Shown in pieces: positions 63,432 to 64,000 of a stretch of DNA of 64,000 bases. The translations under genes and the position numbers were made by a program. The stretch's first letter is position 1. Each line of letters begins with the position of its first letter. The stretch spans positions 8,544,137 to 8,608,136 of the forward strand of contig JASCQW010000119.1 of NCBI GenBank assembly GCA_030264375.1. Reading direction: 5' to 3'. The stretch is from Carcharhinus longimanus. Its lineage: Eukaryota. The notes under the pieces are model-generated. The model was not told the DNA's origin. It saw only the letters and a program-made list of their open reading frames with translations, and made no database searches.

Positions 63432-64000
63432 AAACACGAACGACTCGGTGCTACATCATCACTCTGCCATGTTGAACGGCATTTGGAGGAAACACATGTC
63501 TGGCAATGGCGCAAAATGTTCTATAACGGGGCGGGGGATTGGGGGGCGGGGGGTGGTGGGGTTCGTGCTCTGCTGTCAAGAGTGACGGTGGAGAATCATT
63601 GCTGATTGAAATGAAGAAGTGAAAATGCCACAAATGTTAGAGTCGTTGTGCAGTATACATTAGGTGAAGTAGCAAAGGAAAACCATAATCTAACTCATGC
63701 AAGTAGGCATGGGCTACGAAAACCATTAAGCATCCATTTTCCAGACTGACCAGCAGGCACTAGTTTTGATCTGATATTCTGTACTTATATTGAGAGAAAA
63801 AAAACCCCTCCATAGCATCATTTCCTATGAACGTGGTGCTACATTGGATATATTTTGACCAGTTTTATGAACTCACCCTTTTACAACAATAAGGCATTCG
63901 CTGCCACGAGCTGAATTAGAATTGTAATTAATCGTAACATTAACGTTTATGGCACTGTATGTGCCCCTCTCGAGATATCCACTGGAATGTAATGAGGTAA

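Overview
Vertebrate, almost certainly elasmobranch (shark or ray) genomic DNA, inferred from its repeat complement: HE1-like V-SINEs, SacSINE1/Deu-like SINEs, CR1 LINEs and shark-type Penelope elements. The scaffold gaps are mostly 10 or 100 N, typical of linked-read assemblies (inference). The window is AT-rich, and most long ORFs in the track are repeat debris or noise. It is largely a graveyard of old transposons: CR1, Rex1/Babar, L1, Penelope and SINEs. Three things stand out. (1) A heavily decayed but structurally complete endogenous retrovirus at about 17199-22225. It has two diverged LTRs, a tRNA-Ser-like PBS, an in-frame amber gag/pro junction, RNase H and integrase, and no env. Up to three other retroviral pol relics lie elsewhere in the window. 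(2) A candidate small secreted-protein gene on the + strand at about 44.3-62.4 kb. It consists of a signal-peptide-like exon plus symmetric phase-1 micro-exons of 27, 27, 27 and 36 nt, all invisible to the ORF track. I do not recognise the product. (3) Several minimal hammerhead-ribozyme motifs carried by fold-back Penelope elements. All calls were made by eye, without alignment tools or database searches, so repeat boundaries are approximate.
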